DNA from: Octopus vulgaris | Taxonomy: Eukaryota | Assembly: GCA_951406725.2 (NCBI GenBank) | Contig: OX597814.1 | Span: forward strand, 48,670,001-48,734,000 | DNA: 64,000 nt | Direction of reading: 5' to 3' | In this document: piece by piece, positions 51,550 to 64,000 of the stretch | How the letters are laid out: every line of letters starts with the position of its first letter | Position numbering within the stretch: position 1 is the stretch's first letter | Translations under genes and position numbers: made by a program | Notes under the pieces: generated by a model | The model's input: only the letters and a program-made list of their open reading frames with translations | Told to the model about the DNA's origin: nothing | Database searches by the model: none

Positions 51550-51759
51550 TCTCTTTTCTCTTTTACTCTTTTACTTGTTTCAGTCATTTGACTGCGGCCA
51601 TGCTGGAGCACCGCCTTTAATCGAGCAACTCGACCCCAGGACTTATTCTTTTGTAAGCCCAGTACTTATTCTATCGGTCTCTTTTGCCGAACCGCTAAGT
51701 GACGGGGACATAAACATACCAGCATCGGTTGTCAAGTAATGCTAAGGGGACAAACACAG

Positions 51760-51808
<49 letters not shown>

Positions 51809-51980
51809 CATATATACGACGGGCTTCTTTCAGTTTCCATCTACCAAATCCACACACAAGGCTTTGGTCGGCCCGAGGCTATAGTAGAAGACACTTGCCC
51901 AAGGTGCCACGCAGTGGGACTGAACCCGGAACCATGTGGTTGGTAAACAAGCTACTTACCACACAGCCACTCCTGCGCCT
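51550..51980 (-). mobile_element. Family A SINE, full-length
   Basis: tRNA-like head with gggttcagtccc, CORE-like ccttgggcaagt, internal (TA)/(TG) tract, (taaaagag)n tail. Confidence 0.92.
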
Positions 51981-54900
51981 GTGTATGAAATTTTGTGTTT
52001 TTGTTCTTTGTTTAACTCTAGTTGGAATCAGTTTTATAAATGATACTACCGAGAGTCTGTAATATACTTTTGAACTCAGATGTGGAAAGATTTGGGTTTC
52101 TTATAGATTGATTCTATATCACCGTAGCTGTATTTTGAGAGTTAATTTACATTTAGTATATCAAATGCAACAGTTTCAATTTGTTCTTATTTCAAACTTA
52201 CATATATTTATTTATTTATTCATTTTGTTTTCTTTGCAGTTTAAACCGGAAAAGCGATTTTGTTATTTGAATGGTTATTTTATTATTTTGACTTCATATA
52301 AATTATAGCTAGGGAGTATTATTTTATGGTTTTATGATATATATAAGTCTATAGTGTTAATGTCGTTCTACACCTTTGTTGATATGATATTCTTTATTTT
52401 ACTGAATGACATATTTAATAACTTTTAACTAAAACTATGTATTCAAGGATATGAAAGACTTCATTGAAAAAAAAAAACAAATTGTTACACAGGTGCAGAT
52501 GTTTAGGATTTAAGTTCAGCTTTGGATCTATAATATTCCTAATTTGTTCAAGTTTGGGCAGAAATATCGTCTCTTAAACACAGACTTTAATTATGTATCG
52601 CGAAAATAATTTTTTAATGATAAATCTTCTTCCATTCTACGACCGTTGTGGTTCAGTCACATTTCAGCTTGGATTGTGAAAACTTATAGCAAAAACGTAT
52701 TCCAGCCTTTTAAGACAGCATTCTTTAATGTGACCTTCCTTTTTAAGATGGTAAAAATGTGAATTAAGGAAGATTTAGTTATCATTTCTAGTAAGTCGAA
52801 GGACTACATAAAATCTCTTTCATTAGATTGAACTACTGTGACTATGGTTGCAGCTAGGACAACATAGCCACCTCGATTTTTTTTCATTTACTTTAACATT
52901 CTTTAATGATATGAAAATAGTTTTAAAATATTCCAACAGAAAAATTCGTGGTAAATAATTTTCATACTATTTTCACCTTATATCCTAGGTTTTAGTCTCA
53001 TATAATAAAGTTTTAGACTTACACATGCTCACACGCTCATATGTATGTATTCTTGGAAGAGCTGCAGTTATTACGTGGATGGTATCAGACTACCGACCGA
53101 TGGGTTTAAGGTTCGTACTTCGTCATCGAGATTATGTCGTAACCGTGGATAAGTTACTCAACTCATTAGATCAAAATTCAAACTTTAAAAAAAGTGTCAT
53201 GGTAGTTTACACTAACCTAATTCATGATTACAACTGAGAACTGGGGCGTTATTTACAGTGTACTTACAATCAATTTATTGATCAAAAGTACGAACTATTA
53301 ACTTGGTCAGCTGCAAGTGAAATGAAATTACTAAAGCTGGCAATCGAAAGAACTGGTTTCTACTGTACGATGCTTGTCGTAAATATTCAGAATAATTTCT
53401 CACTTGGGTACGAACAGAGGACTGAAATAGTTAATTGAATCACACATACATGATTAGGCAACGGGGTTTTCAAAGTCGTTAGAGCATCTTATAGAATAGT
53501 TTGCGGGATTCTTTGGGATTTCGTGCTCTAAATTCAAATCCCATCAGAATCACCTTTGCCTTTCCTCCTTTTGGGTTCGATAAATGAAGTACCAATTTAG
53601 TACTGGAGTCTATCCTTGTCTCTCATTTTCTCCATGGAAGAAATCGACTGTGATCAGATCTGGAGAGGGATGGGTGTTAAAATGTGCAAAATACAATGTA
53701 TGTTACAATGATTTCACCACTGCAACTACGTCAAGAGTTGGGGATCCAAGGAAGGAGGGAATATACACGATACACAATTAGTAATTGTTTTAACCAATCA
53801 GAAGGGATGGATACGAGACAAAGTCAACGTTAGAAGAATTTGAATTTAAAATGTAAAAATGGGTGTAAAACTTAATATATAGCCGGGCGCTCTACCGTTT
53901 CTACTCCACTATTCAAATAGAGAAAATAACGATTTATTTTCGCTAGATTTTAGTTGATTAAATCAATGCCAATACATATCTGATATTGATTACTTTATTG
54001 ACACACTAAGATATGAATTGCAGAAGTGACTCCAGTGAAACTGGAACTCGGTATGTAGAATGACTAACCTAAATGCCACATACTAGTAGTTCTGTTTCAC
54101 ATCTCGTTTCTCACTGTGGACGCACACAGGTCCTGGTGGGGGCGCAAAACGGCCTTTCAGGATGTTCGACGGAATGGGAAAGTATATGCTTTATTAAAAT
54201 CGCTTCCCAGGATAAAATTATTCACCTATTCTTTAAAAAGTTATTTTCTATTAAGCACACCAAGAACTTTATCATTCCACAATAATGTATATAGCTCAAT
54301 TTTTAAAACAATGAATTAATTATTAGAAAATTGACCTTTTCGTATTCAATTGTGATAATTAATACTTTTGTAAGGATGCTAGAATTAATCAAACATCTCC
54401 GAGTTGGGAGGAGCATAATAAAGGTTGGAAATCATAGCTCTACTTTCTATTAATTCATTGCCTTCACAGATGCAGAAAATAATATTGTATTAACCAAGCA
54501 ACAAACTATGTAATGTTTCTCTTGAAAAGCCTGCAATCTGGCTTTTGTTTATTTGTTGTTTTTCTTTGTTGGTTTTTGCTTTTCCAGGTGAATTTCATTG
54601 TTCAACTAATGTATTTTTACAGATATCACTTTTACTCTTGGCAAAAAAATATAAAGAGAATAAAGCAATTTTTAAAAAAAGATTCAGTGGAAAGTAAGAA
54701 GTATTTTGCGGTTTAGAAGCAGTTTTAGTGGTTCTTGATTTCCATCACACACAGGAAATACCTGCTGAGACACCGAAATTAAGCGGTTTCGAGCACATTA
54801 AGAAAATGTTTCCGCCAGCAAAATAATACGGTGGATTGGCAGAATCGGTAGAGTGTCGGACAAATGCCTGTAAAATTTTATTATGTCCCTTTTTATTCCG

Positions 54901-55885
54901 ATTTCAGAGTCAACTTTGCTTTTTATCCGGGGTCGATAAAATTGAGTAGTAGGCAAGTACTAAGTGTCGATTTAATATTTCTGTAAATCATCTTTGTGCG
55001 GAGTAGTTATTACATTGTAAATAATAGATTGTTTAATTTTGTTCGATTGTCAAAATCTGGGGATATCTCATAAATGCATTCATTTCTTTGAACGTCTCCG
55101 TAAAGTGTATCTAGAGCAAATAATCCATTTTCAGACATACTAATAGAAAAAAAAATTCATCGTCGGGCTGTAAGATGTCGAAGTACTTTTTATTTACGCA
55201 GAAGTTATTTACAGCTTTGCCATCAACATAGTTTGTTCAGTGCCGGTCACGCAATACGAACTTTAGAACTGATAATCCAGCTCCCTACTGAATCAGCAAG
55301 TCTCAGTTACAACTGTATATTCATCAAGGGTAAATGTTTATTAGCTTATTCTCATATAGGAAGTAATTTTATTGTAGTTTAACTGCAGTATTTAAGCAAC
55401 TGTTATAAATGGCCAAAAATGGTAAACAATGTAGTAAGAAAATATTTCTTAAGCATATTTCTTTAAAAAATGTCATGCAAAAGAAATTCGTTGAAGGCAA
55501 ATCTCACGTTACATAATCAAAATCAGTTTCAATTTCACGTTTTTCAACAAATAAATGCATCCTATAATTCTTTGCTCAAGAGGGTGTTCCTCGCCTCTCG
55601 TTTGACCACGGATGTAAAAGCAAATGTACCTTAATCATTTTTTTTCAGGGACCCCAAAACTGGAGGTAGAAAGAAAGAAATGAAGGAAGTTATCTGCAAA
55701 CCCTCAAGAGCTAGCCTCAGTGCTTGCAGCAAAGTGAATTCTGCAAAAGCACGCAAGGAGTATGATACTGCAAAGCATTTTGTCCTAAGCCCGAAAGACA
55801 CCCCGCCAAGTCAACAACATTAACTGGTACTTATTTTATAGACCCCGGTGGAATTTGAACTCAGAATATAGAAAGCCACATCAAA

Positions 55886-57317
55886 TATCGAAAAGCAGTT
55901 TGTTTTACACTTTAACGAATCTTCCAATTCTTCGACGTTGGGTAAAGTAAGGGAGTAACTATAGAACTTCTTGTGGCTACAAACTTACATTTCCAGCTCA
56001 ATTTACGTACATTATTAGAATAGCTGAGTAGGTTAACGGAAGTGTAGTTTGAGCAATGGAGCTAGTAAAACAAGCTCAAGTTAAACATAATGATTTAAGA
56101 TACTTCACAGTCTAGTCATACATGTTTATGATTTCAAACACCGTAGAGATTCAGATATATGATAAATAATAGCAAAAGAAATCGATAACTGCCTTAGAAA
56201 GTTTGCGTTTTTTTTATAGGTATATGAGTATACACACATATATGCATAATACAAATGTCCATATGCTGTAAAAAATGGATTTGATATATCTGGAATGATG
56301 CTTTTCTGTATTTTTACAAGTGTGTTACTATTTTTCTTCAGATATATTTTAGATTTTGTACCAGACTTCTTACAATATTCACGGCGAAATATTTAGTATT
56401 TTCCACATTTTTTTTGCACAACGCTAAAGAATATATTTGTTTACAGGAAGATATCTAATAAAAAGCGAAATACCAAATGAGTAATGTACACGAAGAAATG
56501 AGTGATAACAATACAGTCTAATAACTGAAATTAGTTAATTGTACAAGATGCTTTTTGTCACGAAATACCTGCATGTTGTTTCTTCAAGAGTTTATATTTC
56601 AACAACATTGAGTTGTTTCATTATGCATGTAATAAGAAATACCTAAAAATCGCAGAAAAAAATTTTTTTTTCTTTTTTCTGCTCATTATTTTGCTTTCTT
56701 CGCTTAGCCTTGTAATTTAAAATAACAGAAGTCTGGAGCAATAATTAACAAGCACTCAATCATTTAATGACTAAATATCACAACTATCTCGTATATTTTG
56801 ATAACTTAGCAAGAAGAAAGGATATAGGGAAGGCTGAAATCAACTGCATTTACATACAATTTCGATCGGACGTACAAAGAAGACACAAGATGCCTCTGAA
56901 GATTAGAATTGAAAAACAAGAGGAAAATGACAAAACAGAAATTACTCTAACTTACGGGGATCCTGCTTGGAAACTAAAAATTCAAATACACAGCTTATAC
57001 AGACTTAACAAGTAGCTCCAATAAATATGTAAGGACAGTGTAGTAGCTAAAATAGTAGAGTTTTTCAATATTTAATAAATATCTTTATATTCTGAATTCA
57101 ATTCCCATCGGACTTAGATTTTTTTCTTTCGGCATTGATAAATACGTACTAATATCACCAAAATAAGTTCTTTTTTTTTTAATTGGAAATGGAATTATTT
57201 TTTTCTAAAGGCATTTTAGCTCTGTTTCTAATTCTGACTTTAGTTTTCCTTAGTACGTCTAGTTTAATTTTTAAATATGACAGTTTTTACTTTCTTGGTG
57301 ACAGTTTTTACTTTCTT

Positions 57318-57360
<43 letters not shown>

Positions 57361-57754
57361 ATCGCATGGACCTATACATGGACCTATGTATTATGCATAT
57401 ATGTGTGTATACTCATATACCTATAAAAAAAACGCAAACTTTCTAAGGCAGTTATCGATTTCTTTTGCCATTATTTATCATATATCTGAATCTCTACGGT
57501 GTTTGAAATCATAAACATGTATGACTAGACTGTGAAGTATCTTAAATCATTATGTTTAACTTGAGCTTGTTTTACTAACTCCATTGCTCAATCTACACTT
57601 CGGTTAACCTACTCAGTTATTCTAATAATGTACGTAAATTGAGCTGGAAATGTAAGTTTGTAGCCATAAGAAGTTCTATAGTTACTCCTTTACTTTACCC
57701 AACGTCGAAGAATTGGAAGATTCGTTAAAGTGTAAAACAAACTGCTTTTCGATA
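55886..57754. repeat. Inverted duplication, 377-bp arms (55886-56262 and 57378-57754)
   Basis: Reverse-complement match with about 9 differences counted by eye. Confidence 0.95.
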
Positions 57755-58097
57755 ACATATATTTGATAAGTTAATTTTAATCTGATTATCATATCATAGA
57801 TTCTGATAGATAGATAGATATATAATTGAAGAATATGTATTATATAACATTTTAAAAGTGTTGCTCTCTGATATAAACATGTCTTCTCCTGCACAGTAAC
57901 AAGCTATCTCACACTTCCGTCAAACGTCTTTTGATGTACAATTCTCTATTTCTCTTGCTAGACTTTTGTTGTCACTCTTCCCAAACTACACTCTGAATAT
58001 TTTCTTTAGTTACTTACTACCATGGACTTCTCATCTTAATGTTTTTGCGACAGATATGGTTATAAACTGTATCCATACTACTCACGGTGGGGGGGGG

Positions 58098-58718
58098 GGG
58101 ATATTTTCCTTTTGAACGGCAGACAATTTCTAGTTAACTAAGCACTTTAAAACTTCGTATACTGGTAGAATGTGTCAAAATAAAACATTTTTTTTCTCTT
58201 GGCTTTCTTGAGAAAATTGTAATTTGTTTGTTTAACATAGTTTAATTTTTCGAATTTTAGTCAATCCTATGCTCTCTTTTGAGCTAAAATCATTTGCTGC
58301 GTCTAAAACTGAGACAACATCCTGTAACTAACCCTAACCCTAATTTTTTTTTCTTAATTGTTAAATTAATTTAATTGTTACGCGTGTAAAAAAAACTAAA
58401 GCAATGGAATTAAATTAATTTAACAATTAAGAAAAAAAATTAGGGTTAGGGTTAGGGGTAGGTTTAGGGTTAGTTACAGGATGTTGTCTCAGTTTTAGAC
58501 GCAGCAAATGATTTTAGTTGAATGGAAGTAATCGATTGGTTAAAATTGCCTAAATGCTCGGATTTTCAGACGAAATATCTTACAAACTATAGAATTTTCT
58601 CAATAAAACCAGGAGAAAATGATGTTTTATAAACACATTCTACCACTATACAAAGTTTAAAAGTGTTTAGTTAACTAGAAATTGTGTTGACATCTGCCGT
58701 TCAAAAGGAAAAGCTCCC
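58098..58718. mobile_element. Foldback/MITE-like palindromic element with internal (TTAGGG)n
   Basis: ttttccttttgaacggcag / ctgccgttcaaaaggaaaa ends; arms complementary to a central loop near 58378-58410. Confidence 0.85.
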
Positions 58719-58784
58719 ACGGAGGTGGGGATGATGAGGGTCAAGCATGACGTCTTTTCAACTTTAACAAAATGTTAATAATAA

Positions 58785-59118
58785 TGGCTTCAGATTTTGG
58801 CACAAGTGCAGCAAGTTCGGGGGAGGGGTTAAGTCGATTACATTGATTTCAGTATTCAACAAATGCTCATTTTATCGACCCCGAGAAGATGACAAAGTCG
58901 ACGGCGGAGGAATTTGAACTCAGAACCCGAAATTTTGGGTGAGGGGTCTAGTCGATTAGATTGACCCCAGTACACAACTGATACTTAATTTATCGACACC
59001 GAAAGGATGAAAGGCAAAGTCGACCTCGACGAAATTAGAACTCAGAACGTAATGACTGGCGAAATACCACTAAACATTTCGCCCGGCGTGCTAACGTTTC
59101 TGCCAGTTCGCTGCCTTT
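58785..59118 (-). mobile_element. Family B SINE partial dimer
   Basis: Two successive cores ending gaactcagaac, one head. Confidence 0.8.
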
Positions 59119-59434
59119 AATATTAATAATAATAGTAGTCTTGGTTGACTATCGAGATGGTGTCTCGATAAAAATACCGGTTGGTAGCTAACCTTGAAAC
59201 ATATACCTCAATGTTGGGAGAAAATGTCTGATACACATGCAACAAATTATGGTGTTAATAAGGCTGGAACCAAAGGTGAAAGCCCTTCGCCCGGCAGGTG
59301 CCCTGTGGTTGAATAGTGCAGGCCCGGTTGTCATTCAGAGACTGCTTGTATACAAAGTCAGTGGCAAAAGAGGCAAACCGAATGGTAATTGAATGCTGAA
59401 GGGGATTCCGACAACGAATGAAAGCAAAATAGAT

Positions 59435-59655
59435 CAGAAGTCATCAAGAAGAATATAAAGGAAATTGGAATAGAATGCCCAGTAGAACTGTTACAAAAGA
59501 TTTGCCTCTTTGGCACGGCCAGGATAATCAGGAAAGTATCAGATGGCTGAAAAGAACGAATAGTATGGTACCGTAGGATGCAGGTAGCAAGCCCGCTACA
59601 CACGCAAGACTCAAGGAGCTCCAACAAAACATGTGATAAAGAGGAAATAATAACA
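59435..59655 (+). mobile_element. RLE-type (R4/Dong-like) LINE 3' end
   Basis: KKNIKEIGIECPVELLQKICLFGTARIIRKVSDG* followed by 3' UTR and (TAA)-like tail. Confidence 0.75.
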
Positions 59656-60799
59656 ATAATCCTTTCTACTATAGGCATAAAGACAGTAATTTCGGGGAAG
59701 GGGTAAGTTGATTATTGAACTGGTACTTATTTTATCGACCCCACGAAAAATATCAATCAAATCTGACACATCACTCTTGCACCATCTTAAAAAAGGAAGG
59801 AGACATTTAATGGCGTAACCTTAGACATGCTGGGAAAAAAATAATTGGTAGGATAGTCACAGTTAAAATGCCTTTGATCATAATCTACCTTGCCAAGGTT
59901 GATCCGTATTCTATCAAGGAAGAAAGGCATAGTTGAGATTGGTGAGATTGGAACTGAGAATGTAAAGATGCAGACTAACGATTTCTCCACTCCGCCATTC
60001 GACTTTTATTTTATATTTTTGAGCTCAATCCCGCCGATGTCAGTGCCGCCTTTAATCCCTTTGGAGTCGATAAAATAAAGTACCAGTGAAACACTAGGGT
60101 CGATGTAATCGGCTAGTCCCTTCCCCAAAAATGTCAGGCCTTGTGCTTATAGCAGAAAAGTTTATTATATTTTTAAAATTAAGAAAAAAATTAATGAATA
60201 AGTAGAAATTTTTCAATATGAGAGAAGTTACTAACTGTAGAACTGAGTTTTTAACGTGAAGTTGAAAAGCAGTAAGCATTTTTTCCTTCCTTTTTTTTTC
60301 AGGAATGTTGTTCACTAGTCATTTGTCGGCATATATAATGAGTATGAGGATTTCTTGTGAAAGTTTATACCCTTCGCCTTTGGACGTAGTCCCAGAGCAG
60401 GATTGAGTAATTAAAGAGAGGACGTTGACACGGCTGACTTTAATGTTGAGAATTGTTAATGATAAATGGGAATAGAATAGAAATACAAATGACATTTTCT
60501 TTTCAATTTGGAAAGAATGGCGAATTGGCAGAATTGTTAGAGTGGGGAAAAATACTTTGCGCTATTTGCTCCGGCTCTTTAAGTTTTGAGTTTAGTTTTT
60601 GCTGGTCTCAACTTTCTCCAATATACCACTGTAGACATAGAGTAACCATCTTGGGTCATCCAGATCGTATCTAAAGAGGGTATTTATCCCAATAGGCTGG
60701 GATAGTGTAAGATGTCCACAAATTGAATAGCTCAGCTACACAGATCACAAATTTATAACTTGACAGTCTACCATATCAGGACTCGTAAACAGGTACATG

Positions 60800-61720
60800 A
60801 CAACTGGAAGTTAAATACATCGTTGTTGGCGTATACAGCCTACAAAGGCCGGATTAACACTTTAGTTGAGCATCAGTTGACAAGAGCAATTGTCAACTTC
60901 CAGTAGTGGGACACTCTGAAGAGAGTGGTATATCCCTCAACCATTTCTTCAGCGTATTGTCACAGTTACGGTGCATGTTCCAACACGCAAAAGAATGAAA
61001 ACTGTTCGATGGATCCAGGTGGGAGAGATGCAATGTGGTAATAAAAGCCAAGTTCTGTCTTCGATAGGTGGGCCAGAAAGGGCGATTGCTACCCGATTCC
61101 AAACAAATGTTTGTGGTATTCTAGTGGCGCTTTGCTTAAATGTTCAAGTTGAGCAATGTGTTGGAGTCGATGAGGGACTTTATTGCGTAGTTTGACACTT
61201 AGCAGAATATGTGGCAAAAGTTGATAGCAGATACGTGGTGCGATAACAGATTGTACGATACACATGGCTGAAATTGTCTGCCCGACAAACTTTATGCATA
61301 TATGCCAGACTTATTAGTCGACGCCCTCGCAGACATTTACTGCAGCTGGAAGCAGAACGGTGTATCCTTAGTTCTGTAAACTGGGCTGTAGTAGATTTGT
61401 TTGGGAAAGACGGGAACTGCGAAGGAATGTAATTGATAATTTTCAGTCCAAACACCATTAAAAGCAGAACTGGAGATTTTGGCCGAGGTGCTAGGGAAGG
61501 GGTTGGCATTTATCATCGAGCGTGTGGTCAGGAAACTTCTACCTCTTTGTTTCGGTATGACTCTGATCAACTTGAATTTCTCGAAAGCTTTCGATAGCAT
61601 CAATCATCGTAACCTGGAGCTGTCCTCGGGGCAGCCGGTTTCGATCCCGCCTTCAGAGACTAGATAGCTTAAATATTCAGCGGCATTTTCCCGTTGATCA
61701 GAGTAAATGGGAACATGTTA
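60800..61720. mobile_element. Decayed CR1/L2-like LINE: 3' part on minus (about 60800-61478) and RT motif on plus (about 61480-61720)
   Basis: Minus strand CLRGRRLISLAYMHKV and LKKWLRDIP; plus strand LNFSKAFDSINH. Confidence 0.55.
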
Positions 61721-62119
61721 GATTACACTCTCGATTCATGAAAACTATTCTCTCTGCTCTCTTCTGAACGTACTGACCCTCGCGTCATTACTGCAGAAAT
61801 TTGAGTTGTTGAGGAGTACACCTTTTAAACTGGGTCATGAAAGAGCTAGGCAATGTTGCTGTTATGGTGTCAGACCCTACAAAGATCTAAAAGTCGACAC
61901 CATTCTAAAGAAATAAAAGACTTTGACTGGCAAAAAATGACGGGGTTAATCGGTAGACTCAAAACTCAATACCAGAAGAACCAATTCCATGCCGTCAGAC
62001 AGTATCGTAAGAGACCCTAGATGATCGATCCTGTTAAAGATGAGTTGGTGTCTTGTTCGGTCTGGGACTCAGGTGGCAAAAATCGTCCCACCCAAATTTA
62101 TTATGGTGGATTTTGCAGA

Positions 62120-62750
62120 ATCGTTCGAGCCTCAGCCAAATTCCTTGCGGTATCTGTTCCGGATCTCTATGTGCAGAGTTTAATTTCTGCTGAGGTCAAC
62201 TTTGCCTTTCATCCTCCCGGGATTGATAAAATAAAGCAGCAGTCAAGTACTGGGGTCGAAGGCATCGTCTAACTTCTCTCCCTTCTATGTGGATAAAAAA
62301 TCATCATTATTTTTTTTAATGGTAATAACTGTTTCAAATTTTGGCAGAAAGCCAGAAATTTTAGGGGAGGATTAAGTTGATTACATCGGCTCCCAGTGTT
62401 CAGTTCATACTTATTTTATCGGTTCGAAAGGATCAAAGGCAAAGTCAACCTCGGCACCATTTGAAATCAGAAAACTAGAAGATCGCTAAGCATTCTGTCC
62501 GACATGCTAAGAATTTTTTGTAAGCTCACCGCTTTATTGTTAATAGTAAAAACCCCTTCTTCTATAGGCACAAAGCCTGAAATTTGGTAGGAGGAGGCAA
62601 GTCGCTTACACTGACCCCAGTGCTCAACAGGTACTTATTCTATTGGCCCCGAAAGGGATGAAAGGCGAAGTCGAACTCAGTGGCATTCGATCTCAGAACG
62701 AAAAGACAGGAAATGCCATTAAGCACTATGCCAGTTCGCCACCCTATCGT
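62120..62750. mobile_element. Three diverged family B SINEs (plus, minus, minus)
   Basis: gaggtcaactttgcctttcatcc core and its reverse complement. Confidence 0.75.
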
Positions 62751-63439
62751 TAATAGTAATAAGACAACAAAAAATCTGAAAGCAATTACAAATAATGGAG
62801 CAGTGACCTTAACACGGAGGGCTTTTTTCTTATTTTTGTGAATGTTATTCATTAGTCATCTATCGGAATACATAATAAAGATGAGGGTTTCTTGTGAGAG
62901 TTTACGCCCTTAGCCCTTGGACATACTCCTAGAGCAGGATTGTATTACAAAAACAAAAGAGGACGTTGACATGGTTGCTATTTTAATATTGGGGATTATA
63001 AGTAATAAACGAGTTGTATAAGTTGATTTGGAAGGAATGATTGAATATGCATGCTGTTTTTTGGTGCAGTGCCTTGTAAAGGATATGTGTATGTGTGCAT
63101 GTACGGATATGTATGTATATATGTATGCATGTACGCACGCACACACAAACACACACACAGCGTGAGAGAGAGAGAGTGGAGTCGTGAAAATTATATTTTT
63201 TCAGTTTGTCAGCATTTTTCTATGCACATTTTAAGGTTGTTTCATCTCCCCGGTATTAAATAAATTAATTAAAATGTCGCCGACGAAAACACATTTTCAC
63301 TAAATCAGAACTCCAATTTCCTCCATCTATAAAAGGATTTTTTAGAAAAATTCCCCTAAAACAGAAATTTCACTGGATTTGTTTCTTCTTTTCTTTTGTG
63401 TGTGGCGATTTTAATTTAGTCAGTTTAAATTGTGCATAC

Positions 63440-63564
63440 CGAGATTTTCTACAGCCCAGCAAACTTCAGCAATACCAGTGAATGTTTTATCCATTGTTTA
63501 CTATATATAGAAGCACGAATTTCATTTCAAGCAAGTGACAATCGAGTGCACAGCATGGACAAGC
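63440..63564 (-). other. Candidate exon of a minus-strand host gene, possibly containing the start codon (MDKTFTGIAEVCWAVENL, phase 1)
   Basis: Acceptor ttttttttttcag|, donor ctcg|gtatgc, ATG at 63494 in context aacaATGG; no homology recognised. Confidence 0.35.
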
Positions 63565-64000
63565 CTGAAAAAAAAAATAGGCGAAACACGTTTGTCGTTC
63601 TCGTAGATCACTGCAACGACGATGCTCGTCTCGCCCCGCTATATATTTGTATTTTTAACACAAGGCGTTGAAAAGATTCTATCTCAGACAACGCCACAGT
63701 TTCGAGCTTTCTTCAGACGAATTTTGGATGCGGTAAAGCTAGATGCTGATTTTTCCTATTTTTGCAGAATTAATCTCGAGTGAAAATTCTCCACTGAGAC
63801 GGCATATATGAAAATACATTTCGTCTTGGAAGCGAAATTCCTCTCAGGACGATTTCCGCATCGAAAGATCTTCACACGTTCGAGTGTGCTCAAAATAATT
63901 AAATATGACTTTTCAAGAATATATTCTATTCAGCGCTGTGTGTCACACACACGCGCGCGCGCGCACGCACGCGCATACACGAGCAAACTAATGGATGCAA

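Noticed and set aside
56767-57015. 82-aa ORF between the inverted arms as a transposase or cargo gene
   Set aside because: No recognisable motif, and the arms start mid-SINE rather than behaving as TIRs

Overview
AT-rich, repeat-saturated eukaryotic DNA with no intact protein-coding gene. The SINE families and microsatellite load look like an Octopus (coleoid cephalopod) intronic or intergenic region; this is an inference from remembered repeat families, not a search. Almost all supplied ORFs are microsatellite or low-complexity artefacts. Real coding signal is confined to decayed mobile elements: two mariner halves, a Tigger/pogo 3' end, a Helitron PIF1 helicase remnant plus non-autonomous Helitrons, Penelope-like elements (RT and GIY-YIG), RLE-type (R4/Dong-like) LINE ends, and RTE- and CR1-like RT fragments. 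Two abundant tRNA-derived SINE families are present. The most interesting structures are: (1) an ORF-less 479-bp-period element carrying a complete type I hammerhead ribozyme with inverted and direct terminal repeats (34542-35228), plus several other hammerhead-bearing Penelope-type termini; (2) a young 171-bp tandem array with a 21-bp-stem hairpin in every unit; (3) two near-identical local inverted duplications; (4) a ~620-bp foldback element with telomere-like TTAGGG repeats; (5) a mariner apparently split by an inversion; (6) one plausible minus-strand start-codon exon at 63440-63564. All alignments, translations and coordinates were done by eye, and ends of degenerate elements are approximate.
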